A stretch of DNA of 42,115 nucleotides from Candidatus Caldarchaeum sp. (GTDB lineage Archaea > Thermoproteota > Nitrososphaeria_A > Caldarchaeales > Caldarchaeaceae): assembly GCA_038831915.1 (NCBI GenBank), contig JAWBKB010000011.1, positions 8,696 through 50,810 of the forward strand, written 5' to 3'. A program made the position numbers and the translations under genes. Under the pieces are notes generated by a model, which was given only the letters and a program-made list of their open reading frames with translations, was not told the origin of the DNA and did not search any database. Positions 8,249-16,455 of the stretch are shown here, piece by piece. The first letter of the stretch is position 1. Every line of letters starts with the position of its first letter.

Positions 8249-9070
8249 TCACCTCTCGAACCAGACAACTGAATAACCGTTGTTCCAGGCCTTCCAGTAA
8301 TGAAGAATTTCGGTCGAAGATGCGGAATAGGCGGCTGCTGCGGCCAGCCAAGAACCTAATTCGTGATTTCCGGTTGCGTCAAGCCAGTCATAGTCCAAGT
8401 CAGTCAATTCCAGGAACTTGCCGTGTTTTAGCTTGTCGATGATGTAGAGGTCGGCTTCCTCATCAACGTTCCCATAATATGGTGTGCCCGGATAATGTGA
8501 CAAACCTCCTGTTCCAACGACGAAAACCTTCTCTTTCCTTTTACTCTTTTCTATGATTTCACCGACGGCTTTTCCGAGGCTATAACATCTCTGGAGCTTG
8601 ACCCTTGGATGAACATTTGTGTTGACATGGAATGGAATTACTTTGACGTCTGGTTTCTTGAATTCCTGCAGCAACCAATAAACAGGCACCGTGAACGGAT
8701 GGTCAAAGAAATCCACTTCCTGCATGAACCCGACGTCAAACCCTGCATCCACTAAGCCGTAGAGTATTTCTTCAGCGAGTTCGTGATGATTTTTTAACTT
8801 CATAATCGTCTTGCCCGCAACTGCGTAGTTGCATTCATCGCCGGTGAAAATCATCATCTGTGGGAAGCAGCCGAACCAAAAAGTCTGGACGTGGTCAGCT
8901 CCGAAAACAAGCAACACATCAGGCTCAAGCTTGTTAAGCCGCCTACCAATCTCTTTCATCGCGTTCCTAATTTTTTCCATTTCGCTGACATACTGCTCCG
9001 TTTCCTGCCAAGGCAATTTGTAAACGACTGGTGAATGAGGCCCTGCTGCAGCGCCAACTATTTTACCCAT
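8249..9070 (-). CDS. ligB: Class III extradiol dioxygenase catalytic subunit (LigB family)
   Basis: GPHSP, FGADH, FDHPFTVP, GTGGLSHYPG, GNHE metal and catalytic motifs. Confidence 0.88.
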   Translation of the reverse strand: MGKIVGAAAGPHSPVVYKLPWQETEQYVSEMEKIRNAMKEIGRRLNKLEPDVLLVFGADHVQTFWFGCFPQMMIFTGDECNYAVAGKTIMKLKNHHELAEEILYGLVDAGFDVGFMQEVDFFDHPFTVPVYWLLQEFKKPDVKVIPFHVNTNVHPRVKLQRCYSLGKAVGEIIEKSKRKEKVFVVGTGGLSHYPGTPYYGNVDEEADLYIIDKLKHGKFLELTDLDYDWLDATGNHELGSWLAAAAAYSASSTEILHYWKAWNNGYSVVWFER

Positions 9071-9115
9071 GTCAATCCGCCTCCCGCAAAACGGGAATAA
9101 TAATTTTGCATCAAC

Positions 9116-9904
9116 CTATATCATGGAGACTAAATCGTCGACGTTGTTAACGATTATGTCTGGTTTTACACCGCTTTTCTCGACATCCTCAAGCTTTGAG
9201 ACGCCTGTTAGTGCTAGGGCGGTTTTCATGCCGAGGTTTTTGGCGGGCAGTAGGTCGTTGACCAATTCATCGCTAACCATCAGCGCTTCAGCCGGCTTCA
9301 CTCCCAGCTTTTTCAAACCCATTTCATAGATGATGTTTGACGGTTTCCCGATTATGGTTGCGACTTTGTCGGAAGCGTATTCCAGCGCCCTGACGATGGG
9401 CCCCACCGATATTGTTTCCCCTGCTTTTTCAGGTATTCTCTTAGACGCGTGACATCCTATCAGCTCAGCGCCTTGTCTTAGGAATGCGAGAGCTTTGTTT
9501 AGCTTCTCGTAGGTGAGCTCTCTGTCTAAACCTACCACCACAAAGTCGGGCCTTTCCACATTTTCATTGACGATTGTATGGGAATATTTCGCAAGTTCTT
9601 CTTTCAGCCCCTTCTCACCCAAAACCCAGACCTTGGTTTTTCCATATTTTTCCCGTAGATACATCGCCGTAGCCTGACCGGCGGAAAGAATTTCTTCCAA
9701 CTTCAACGGCAGGCCTAGTTTGGTCAGCTCTTCCAAAATTTCCTCGTTCAGCTTTGTGGCATTCGTCAAAACCAAGATTTTCATTCCTCTCTCCCTTGCT
9801 TGATTGATTAGCCGAACACCGCCGATGAGCGTCGTTCGTCCCTGCTGGTCCCTCGTAGTTAAAGTTCCTTGCACATCGAGCAGTATGGCTTTTACGTCGC
9901 TCAA
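9116..9904 (-). CDS. HAD-IIA family hydrolase with a variant motif I (DVQGT)
   Basis: LDVQGTL, LTNAT, IIGKPS, MVSDELVNDL, LTGVS; TTG start after a GTGA RBS. Confidence 0.88.
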   Translation of the reverse strand: MSDVKAILLDVQGTLTTRDQQGRTTLIGGVRLINQARERGMKILVLTNATKLNEEILEELTKLGLPLKLEEILSAGQATAMYLREKYGKTKVWVLGEKGLKEELAKYSHTIVNENVERPDFVVVGLDRELTYEKLNKALAFLRQGAELIGCHASKRIPEKAGETISVGPIVRALEYASDKVATIIGKPSNIIYEMGLKKLGVKPAEALMVSDELVNDLLPAKNLGMKTALALTGVSKLEDVEKSGVKPDIIVNNVDDLVSMI

Positions 9905-9911
9905 GGTTTCA

Positions 9912-10838
9912 CTACTCTTTCACTACTCTGTTACGGAGCAGGCCTAGTTCAGTGATTTCAGCTTCGACCACGTCTTTGTCTTTGAGATATTCTTTACCCG
10001 CTGCGGCCACGCCTGCTGGAGTTCCAGTCGCGATGATGTCCCCCGGCTCCAAAGTAATTCCATCCGACAGGTACTCGATGAGGTCGCCGATTTTGTGATA
10101 CATGTCCCGTGTGTAACCATCCTGTCTAACGTCGCCGTTCACCCTAAGCGTTAGTCTAAGCGAATAAGGTGAACTCACTTCATCCTTCGTAACCAGATAT
10201 GGGCCGCACGGAGCAGCGCTGTCCAACCCTTTTCCATGTATCCAATTCTGTCCAAACGGGTTTAGTTGCTGCGGCCATCCAGGCGGAAACTGCTTATCCC
10301 TGAAGCTAACGTCGTTAAAGACGGTGTATCCTGCTACGTATTCCTCGGCCTTGTCACGTGGAATGTACTTTCCTCTTTTACCTATAACGACGGCCAGCTC
10401 AATTTCATAGTCGACCTTGACAGAGGTTTTAGGTATCAAAATGCTGTGTTCATGACCGATGAGTGTGTTGGTGAATTTGCTGAAGAAATAGGGCTTTTCG
10501 GGAACTTTTATCGTCATTTCCTGGCTGTGTGCAACATAGTTTGCCGCAACACAGAATATTTTCTTGGGGTCGGGAACCGGAGGTTTGAAGATTACCTCGT
10601 CGACACTGTAGAAATGAGGCTTTACTTTATCAAGCCCTTTAGCCTCTTTAGCCAGTCTTTCAACGAGCGGAAATGAATGTTCGCTGGCCGCTAACAAGCT
10701 CCGCATCGATACTAGCCAACTCGGGACATGGTCATCACCATAAACACTTTGGTAAACCGAGGCCATGTCGACAACCATTCCGTCTACTAAAAGACCCACT
10801 CGGTCGACACCGTTGTATGAAAAAGTCAGCAATCGCAA
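9912..10838 (-). CDS. Fumarylacetoacetate hydrolase family protein (hydrolase/isomerase/decarboxylase)
   Basis: KIFCVAANYVAH, FFSKF, VDYEIELAVVIGK, GYTVFNDVSFRD, GKGLD, LEPGDIIATGTPAGV. Confidence 0.93.
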   Translation of the reverse strand: MRLLTFSYNGVDRVGLLVDGMVVDMASVYQSVYGDDHVPSWLVSMRSLLAASEHSFPLVERLAKEAKGLDKVKPHFYSVDEVIFKPPVPDPKKIFCVAANYVAHSQEMTIKVPEKPYFFSKFTNTLIGHEHSILIPKTSVKVDYEIELAVVIGKRGKYIPRDKAEEYVAGYTVFNDVSFRDKQFPPGWPQQLNPFGQNWIHGKGLDSAAPCGPYLVTKDEVSSPYSLRLTLRVNGDVRQDGYTRDMYHKIGDLIEYLSDGITLEPGDIIATGTPAGVAAAGKEYLKDKDVVEAEITELGLLRNRVVKE

Positions 10839-10874
10839 CGTTAACTCACCAACGCATCCCGCTTTTGCAGGAAG

Positions 10875-12164
10875 TTATAAATTTTCAGCCAAATTAATTT
10901 TCGCCTTTCTACGTGTTCTAACTTTTGCAACGACTCTGGCGGGCGCGACCTCTGAATTTTTTATGTTGATGGGCATAGCGTAAACCGTTACCTTCTTCCC
11001 CGCGATGCGTGACATGTCTCCCAGATTTTCGATTATCAAGACATCGTTTTGAAGAAGTGTTTTGTGAACTTGTTTTTCTCCGCTGCGTTCCGGGTTCGGC
11101 ATGTCGATGCCAAATATCTTAGTTTCTTTCTCTACCAGCCATTCGGCAAATTCCACGTCGACAACAGGATGTGCATAATATTTCGGCTGACCTAAGTATC
11201 TGTTCCAACCGGTGTAGACAAAGACAATCCAACGAGGGGGAAGGTAATGCCTGTCGAGCAGTTTTTTCGCCCATTCAAGAGTTATGACATCGTCAGACGA
11301 GGAGCATTCCATGTTTAAAACAATGCATTTACCGATGAACAAATCAGGCGGATATTCGTCTATTGTTTTCCCGTTCGGGAAAAGCAGGGACGGTGTGTCA
11401 AAATGCGTGAAAACTTTTGTGGGTTTGTTGTCTGATTCACGGATTTTAGAAAGGTTAACTTGGCTGAAATCTTCGGGAGCCGGTGGAATTGTCAAGTCGT
11501 AGTAGGAATTAGCCCTTAATTTGGAAATTTCTGGCATATCTGATTTTGAAATCTGTTCGATGTACGTCCGGAGTTGCTGAACGGTCCATTCCTGCGTGAC
11601 CAACTGCTTAAAAGTTTGACGTTGCAAAGCTGGGTCCCGTAATTTAAGTAGATACAATAGGTGGAGAAGCCCTACTTTCCTATCGGTAGGAAGATTCCTA
11701 TACTCTTCTATCACGTCATGGGGAAGTTTGAGTAGTTCAACCCGGTTGTACACGTATTTTGGGTTGATTCCCAAAAGTTTGGCCAGTTCGTCGTATGATT
11801 TCCCCGTTCTTTTAACCCAGAAATTGAAATATTCGGCTTCCTCTAGCGGGTCTCTATCCTTTCTCAGCATGTTCTCGATTGCACATTGAATGATGACTTC
11901 GTCGTCACCAAGTTTATCTACGATGCACGTTATTTCCTCTACGCCGGCAAGTTTGGCGGCTTCAAACCGTCTTCTACCCCAGACAAGCTCATAGAAACCA
12001 TCCTGCGAAGGTCTGACTTTTACGGGAACGTCGACATCGCTCCTCTGTTTGATGGATTTCGCCAGTGAAACAAGATCTCCCAAATCTCTACGGTCCGGAA
12101 GCCAGGGGATTGTTTTTATTTTCTTCACGGGGATTCTCTGAATTTTTGGAAAAAAATCAGCCAT
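10875..12164 (-). CDS. ParB-like CTPase/HTH protein fused to a C-terminal cyclase (kynurenine formamidase-like) domain
   Basis: N-terminal: LAKSIK..PVKVRP..YELVWGRRRFEAAKLAG, IENMLRKDRDPLEEA, HTH SYDELAKLLGINPKYVYNRVELLKL. C-terminal: THFDTP..GKTIDEYP..FIG, YTGW, FGIDMPNP, VHKTLL..DVLIIENL, APARVVA. Confidence 0.85.
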   Translation of the reverse strand: MADFFPKIQRIPVKKIKTIPWLPDRRDLGDLVSLAKSIKQRSDVDVPVKVRPSQDGFYELVWGRRRFEAAKLAGVEEITCIVDKLGDDEVIIQCAIENMLRKDRDPLEEAEYFNFWVKRTGKSYDELAKLLGINPKYVYNRVELLKLPHDVIEEYRNLPTDRKVGLLHLLYLLKLRDPALQRQTFKQLVTQEWTVQQLRTYIEQISKSDMPEISKLRANSYYDLTIPPAPEDFSQVNLSKIRESDNKPTKVFTHFDTPSLLFPNGKTIDEYPPDLFIGKCIVLNMECSSSDDVITLEWAKKLLDRHYLPPRWIVFVYTGWNRYLGQPKYYAHPVVDVEFAEWLVEKETKIFGIDMPNPERSGEKQVHKTLLQNDVLIIENLGDMSRIAGKKVTVYAMPINIKNSEVAPARVVAKVRTRRKAKINLAENL

Positions 12165-12316
12165 GGTACCGTTGTCTCATTTGCTTTGTATATACTTTTT
12201 GCAAGTACCGGCCGACACTTGAGACAACGTACATGACCATTAGCGAGAAGCTTTTTCATCATTGTTGTGGTAAGAAAAAAATTTATACAATTTATTGCCG
12301 AATCGGGTGAGAGTTT
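12165..12316. promoter_or_regulatory. Divergent promoter region of the aromatic island
   Basis: Minus-strand BRE/TATA (AAAAAGTATATAC, ~12188-12200) about 25-30 bp before ATG 12164; plus-strand AAGAAAAAAA-TTTATA (12272-12287) about 30 bp before ATG 12317; GGGTGA RBS at 12305-12310. Confidence 0.7.
12170..12229. repeat. Perfect 10-bp inverted repeat (CGTTGTCTCA / TGAGACAACG) with a 40-bp spacer
   Basis: 12170-12179 and 12220-12229 are exact reverse complements, extendable with gaps to flanking GTAC/CATG; the pair brackets the TATA box. Confidence 0.75.
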
Positions 12317-14152
12317 ATGGTTCAGCAAAACAGGTTTCCGTTCGCTTACGAGGTCGAAACGCCCAAAGGAGCCGAAGGATGGGAAAAGATGTATCCCTAT
12401 TACTATGTTTTCGACAAATCTCCTGGGCAGAGACGGGATTGGGAGTCGAGCGTGTTTTGGTTCCAGGACGGGATGCATCATGGTGAGCCGCTGTATCCGT
12501 TGGACGCCATACATCCGATGGCATGGCAGTGGGCCCTATCCTCATACAACTCAAGGACTTTTGTCGTGCCGCCTGCCTTGGGAATAGCTCACAGAGTTCT
12601 GAATGGCTATCTCTACATCACACCAGTGCCGGTCACCGACCCTAACGAAGTAGCAAAACGCGTGGAATATTTCAAGAAAAGAGCCGGCTACTACTATCAG
12701 AATTGGAACAAGATTTTCGAAGAATGGAAGCAGAATGCCGAGGAAATAATCAAAGAAATGGAGGCTCTCGAATTCAAAGATTTGCCGGAAATAGAGGACG
12801 AAGAAGTCGTCTTCAAGCATCTCGGATTGTCGCGAAGCAGCTTCACGCTATACGACAACTTCCATAAACTTGTGATGCTTCATTTCAGGCTTTGGCAGAA
12901 ACATTTCGAAATGCTGAACCTTGGTTACGCGGCGTACCTAACATTCTATCTATTCTGCAAGGAAAAATTCCCCGCAATAGCGGACCAGCACATCGCACGA
13001 ATGGTCGCAGGAATAGAAAGCATACTCTTTAGACCAGACCAGGAATGCCGGAGGCTTGCGAGACTCGCCGTGGACTTCAAACTGGAGTCGATATTTTTGA
13101 AGAGGTTGGGTTACAGCAAGACAGTTGAAGAGCTCGAGAAAAGCAGCAACGGAAGAAAATGGCTCGAAGAGCTCGAGAAATCGAAGTATCCTTGGTTCTA
13201 CTACGCCACGGGTCCCGGATTCTACCACACCGAACCTCGTTGGATTGACAACATGGATATCCCCTTCACCTTCATCACTGATTACATCGAGAAAATCCTG
13301 AAAAACGAGCCAATAGAGCTGCCCACTGAGAAACTTAGGAGAGAAAGAGAAGAACTCGCCGTTCAGTACAAATCGCTGCTCAAAGACCCCGCTGACGTTA
13401 GAACATTTGAGGAGAACCTACAGCTTTCGAGAACCGTTTTTCCCTATGTGGAAGACCACAACTTCTACATAGAGCATTGGGGACACACGATATGGTACAA
13501 GAAGGTCAGAGAAATAGCCAGGATACTGGTGAAGAACGGAATAATAAACCGGGAAGATGATATTTTCTACATCAACTGGCACGAGCTCAGCCAAATACTG
13601 TATGACCTTTGTGCGAACTGGGCAGTCGGCGTCAAACCAGTGGCGACATATGGATGGCCGGCCGAGATAAGCAGAAGACGGCAAATTATCGAAACGGTTA
13701 AGCAGAACAGGCCGCCGCCGGCTTTGGGCAAACCTCCGGAAGTGATAACTGAGCCGTTCACCATCATGCTTTGGGGAGTAACCAAAGAAAGAATTAACCA
13801 GTGGCTTTCAGGTGCTATGGCTGGAGCTGAGAAAAAGCTAGTTGGGCTGCCTGCTTCGCCTGGAGTCGCTGAAGGCCCTGCCAGGATAGTGTTGAACGCA
13901 GAGGACATCGTCAACGTAAAGGAAGGCGAAATTTTGGTTGCACCCATTACGGCACCAGCATGGAACCCCGTCTTTCTCAAGATTAAAGCCACTGTAACCG
14001 ACATCGGCGGAATAATGTCTCATACAGCCATCGTCTGCAGAGAATACGGGCTGCCGGCAGTTGTAGGCACAGGTTTCGCAACCAAGATGATCAAGGATGG
14101 ACAAAAACTGAGAGTCGACGGAACCAACGGAGTAGTGGAAATCATTGACTGA
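12317..14152 (+). CDS. Phenylphosphate synthase alpha-subunit-like protein (substrate-binding region plus phospho-His swivel domain; PpsA/CreH-like)
   Basis: GAEGWEKMYPYYY, FWFQDGMHHGEPLYPLD, LSSYNSRTFVVPP, RAGYYYQNW, HFEMLNLGYAAY, VEDHNFYIEHW match my recollection of Thauera PpsA. The PEP-mobile motif TDIGGIMSHTAIVCREYGLPAVVG places the His at residue 569 (codon 14021). No pyruvate-binding barrel. Confidence 0.85.
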   Translation: MVQQNRFPFAYEVETPKGAEGWEKMYPYYYVFDKSPGQRRDWESSVFWFQDGMHHGEPLYPLDAIHPMAWQWALSSYNSRTFVVPPALGIAHRVLNGYLYITPVPVTDPNEVAKRVEYFKKRAGYYYQNWNKIFEEWKQNAEEIIKEMEALEFKDLPEIEDEEVVFKHLGLSRSSFTLYDNFHKLVMLHFRLWQKHFEMLNLGYAAYLTFYLFCKEKFPAIADQHIARMVAGIESILFRPDQECRRLARLAVDFKLESIFLKRLGYSKTVEELEKSSNGRKWLEELEKSKYPWFYYATGPGFYHTEPRWIDNMDIPFTFITDYIEKILKNEPIELPTEKLRREREELAVQYKSLLKDPADVRTFEENLQLSRTVFPYVEDHNFYIEHWGHTIWYKKVREIARILVKNGIINREDDIFYINWHELSQILYDLCANWAVGVKPVATYGWPAEISRRRQIIETVKQNRPPPALGKPPEVITEPFTIMLWGVTKERINQWLSGAMAGAEKKLVGLPASPGVAEGPARIVLNAEDIVNVKEGEILVAPITAPAWNPVFLKIKATVTDIGGIMSHTAIVCREYGLPAVVGTGFATKMIKDGQKLRVDGTNGVVEIID

Positions 14153-15185
14153 CTTCTCATACATACTACCTGCCGAACGCTGCGACAAAAATGTTTTAAG
14201 ATTGGTCGGAGGAAAAGCCGCTTCGTTAGGCGAAATAGTAAAAGCAGGATGCCCTATACCTTCATTCTTAACAATCACGTCTGAAGCCTACCGGAGATTC
14301 ATCGAATACAACAAAATGCAACCTTTGATTGTGAGCTTGGAGAATGCAAGCACAGATGAAGAAATTGTAATGGTCTCAGCTAAGATAAGAAGACATATTC
14401 AAAACGGCAGTTATCCACAGAACCTCGAGCAAGAGCTCAGGATTGCTTACCGAAGATTTTGCAGTTCATGGGGTCCTCTGGCCGTTAGGTCGAGCGCAAC
14501 TTTGGAAGACGCACCGGGCGCCAGCTTCGCAGGCCAGTATGACTCGTATCTCGGCGTCAGAACAGAGGAAGATTTCCTCCACTACGTTAAAAAATGCTAC
14601 GCAAGCCTATACACCGACAGAGCGGCGTCCTACCGGCACAAGCTCGGCCTGCCGCAGGACAACGTCGCCATGGCCGTGGTTATTCAAAAACTCGTCAAAG
14701 CGAGGTCGGCCGGAGTTATGTTCACGCTTAACCCGCTCAACGGCGACCCCTCGGTCGCGGTAATTGAAAGCAGCTGGGGGCTGGGGGAGGCCGTCGTCAA
14801 GGGAGAAGTGATTCCAGACAAATACGTTGTGAACAAAATCACGAAGGAAATTGTCGAGTCCAAGCATTCACGCAACAAACCTGTGAAGTACGAGATGATG
14901 GATGACGGCTCCGTGAAACGCATCGCAAATTCAACCGATAACTCAAGCCTTAGCATCAACGAAGAAGAAGCTGTTAAGCTTGTCGAATATGGTTTGCGGC
15001 TGGAAAAATACTTTCACAGACCACAGGACATCGAATGGGTCGTGGACAAGGATTCAAACATATTTCTCGTCCAGAGCAGACCTGTTACAGTTCCTACAAC
15101 TGTCGACAGACCATCGAAACAGAGCAACATAGTAGATACGCTCGACCGAGTTGTTGCATCACTTTTAGCCGGTGTGAAAACATAA
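14145..15185 (+). CDS. Phenylphosphate synthase beta-subunit-like protein (stand-alone PEP-synthase ATP-grasp domain; PpsB/CreI-like)
   Basis: VGGKAASLGE, AVRSSATLED..ASFAGQYDSYL, MAVVIQKLV..AGVMFT, SWGLGEAVVKG, PQDIEW, VQSRP; TTG start overlaps the ppsA-like stop. Confidence 0.88.
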   Translation: MTDFSYILPAERCDKNVLRLVGGKAASLGEIVKAGCPIPSFLTITSEAYRRFIEYNKMQPLIVSLENASTDEEIVMVSAKIRRHIQNGSYPQNLEQELRIAYRRFCSSWGPLAVRSSATLEDAPGASFAGQYDSYLGVRTEEDFLHYVKKCYASLYTDRAASYRHKLGLPQDNVAMAVVIQKLVKARSAGVMFTLNPLNGDPSVAVIESSWGLGEAVVKGEVIPDKYVVNKITKEIVESKHSRNKPVKYEMMDDGSVKRIANSTDNSSLSINEEEAVKLVEYGLRLEKYFHRPQDIEWVVDKDSNIFLVQSRPVTVPTTVDRPSKQSNIVDTLDRVVASLLAGVKT

Positions 15186-15402
15186 AGTCCTCCACGGACC
15201 TATGCGTGAAACAGTCCCTCTCAGGACATAGTAGATGGACACCATCCAGATTCAGTTGGCTGCGCATCTAATGTGAATCAAACATACATGCATTAGTATA
15301 GGTTTCTACCAAAGCTGTCGAATGGCTAGCACATCACTTCTCGAAGAATCGAGCAAACCTCGACCGTATGAAATACTCGAACGTGAGGGGGTTGTCGCCG
15401 GG

Positions 15403-16251
15403 CTATAGCAGATGCTCTCTGATAATTGATGCCAGCTCCGATGGAGCCTCTCTGGGAACGAAGTGACCGCATTCACGGATGGTCACCAGCTCACTGTTTG
15501 GAAAATAGTCTTTAGCGCCGTGACTCCATTCGAGCGGGAAAATCGGGTCCCTGTCGGACCAAACAATCACGCCCAGAGTTGTCACAGGTCCCTTCAACCA
15601 GTCTCCGTACCTGGTTTTCATTCTCGCCCTGTACCAGTTAAACCCACCTTTCAAGCCATGTTTGTAGTAAATGTCAACATATTCCTCGATGTCCTTCTCT
15701 GTAAACGCATCTTGCCGGTAGCTCCAGTGCCGGTAAAAATGCGTGAGATAAATCTTCACAGTGTCCCTGTTGTAGCCGACCAATTTTTCAGCCAAATCTA
15801 ATACATGGAAAAACTGGTACCAGTTTTCGGCGGCATGTTCCAGCTCGAGTCTTTTTCTACCGAGACTTGGGTATGAAGGGTTTATCAGGATTAGTTTCGA
15901 TACTTTGTTTGGATGATTTTTCGCGAAATATGCGGCCACTGAGGAACCGACATCAAACCCCGAAAGAACAACTCTGTCTATGTTCAACGTAGACAAAATT
16001 GAGAGAACGTCGCCGGCGTAGTCATCTAGTGTGTAGCGGTCGGGTGTTTCAGGCTTGTCGGAAAGCCCGAAACCCCGAAGGTCTGGTACGACCATTTTGC
16101 AATCGTTGACAAGTAGAGGCATGACCTTTTCCCAGTCTTTCCAAAACCCGGGCCATCCATGCAGAAATACGACATACTTGCTGCCGTTGCCGGCGACAAA
16201 TAGCCGAAGCCTGCAGCCGTCAAACGAACGGACAAACACCTCTTCGAACAT
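15403..16251 (-). CDS. Alpha/beta hydrolase of the epoxide hydrolase / haloacid dehalogenase family
   Basis: LHGWP oxyanion motif, PDLRGFGLS, Asp nucleophile GFDVG, lid tyrosines WYQFF and NWYR, His in CGHF. Confidence 0.88.
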   Translation of the reverse strand: MFEEVFVRSFDGCRLRLFVAGNGSKYVVFLHGWPGFWKDWEKVMPLLVNDCKMVVPDLRGFGLSDKPETPDRYTLDDYAGDVLSILSTLNIDRVVLSGFDVGSSVAAYFAKNHPNKVSKLILINPSYPSLGRKRLELEHAAENWYQFFHVLDLAEKLVGYNRDTVKIYLTHFYRHWSYRQDAFTEKDIEEYVDIYYKHGLKGGFNWYRARMKTRYGDWLKGPVTTLGVIVWSDRDPIFPLEWSHGAKDYFPNSELVTIRECGHFVPREAPSELASIIREHLL

Positions 16252-16455
16252 TACCTCAACAAGTCACTCCAAACTATTTATTTACAATAACTTCGAAGCC
16301 AAAGCCAGATGTTATCAGAGTCGTTCAACTAGAAACAAGTAACTCACCCCAGTCACCCAAACTTTCGCCATTTTCATGATGGCCGAGCTCACGTCAACAG
16401 TGGTGAATTTTTTCTCACGTTATTTGATCTTGAAGCTTTTCTATTTGGCTATGAT

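Noticed and set aside
10875-12164. Plasmid/prophage partition locus or mobile element
   Set aside because: There is no parA, integrase, replication gene or att-like repeat nearby, and the context is metabolic.
12317-15185. Interpretation as a broken PEP synthase/PPDK pseudogene
   Set aside because: Both ORFs are intact and translationally coupled, and their domain split and order match phenylphosphate synthase-type enzymes.
15186-15402. Possible ncRNA or small ORF in the gap between the convergent ppsB-like and hydrolase genes
   Set aside because: I found no tRNA fold, paired C/D boxes, repeat or recognisable peptide by eye.
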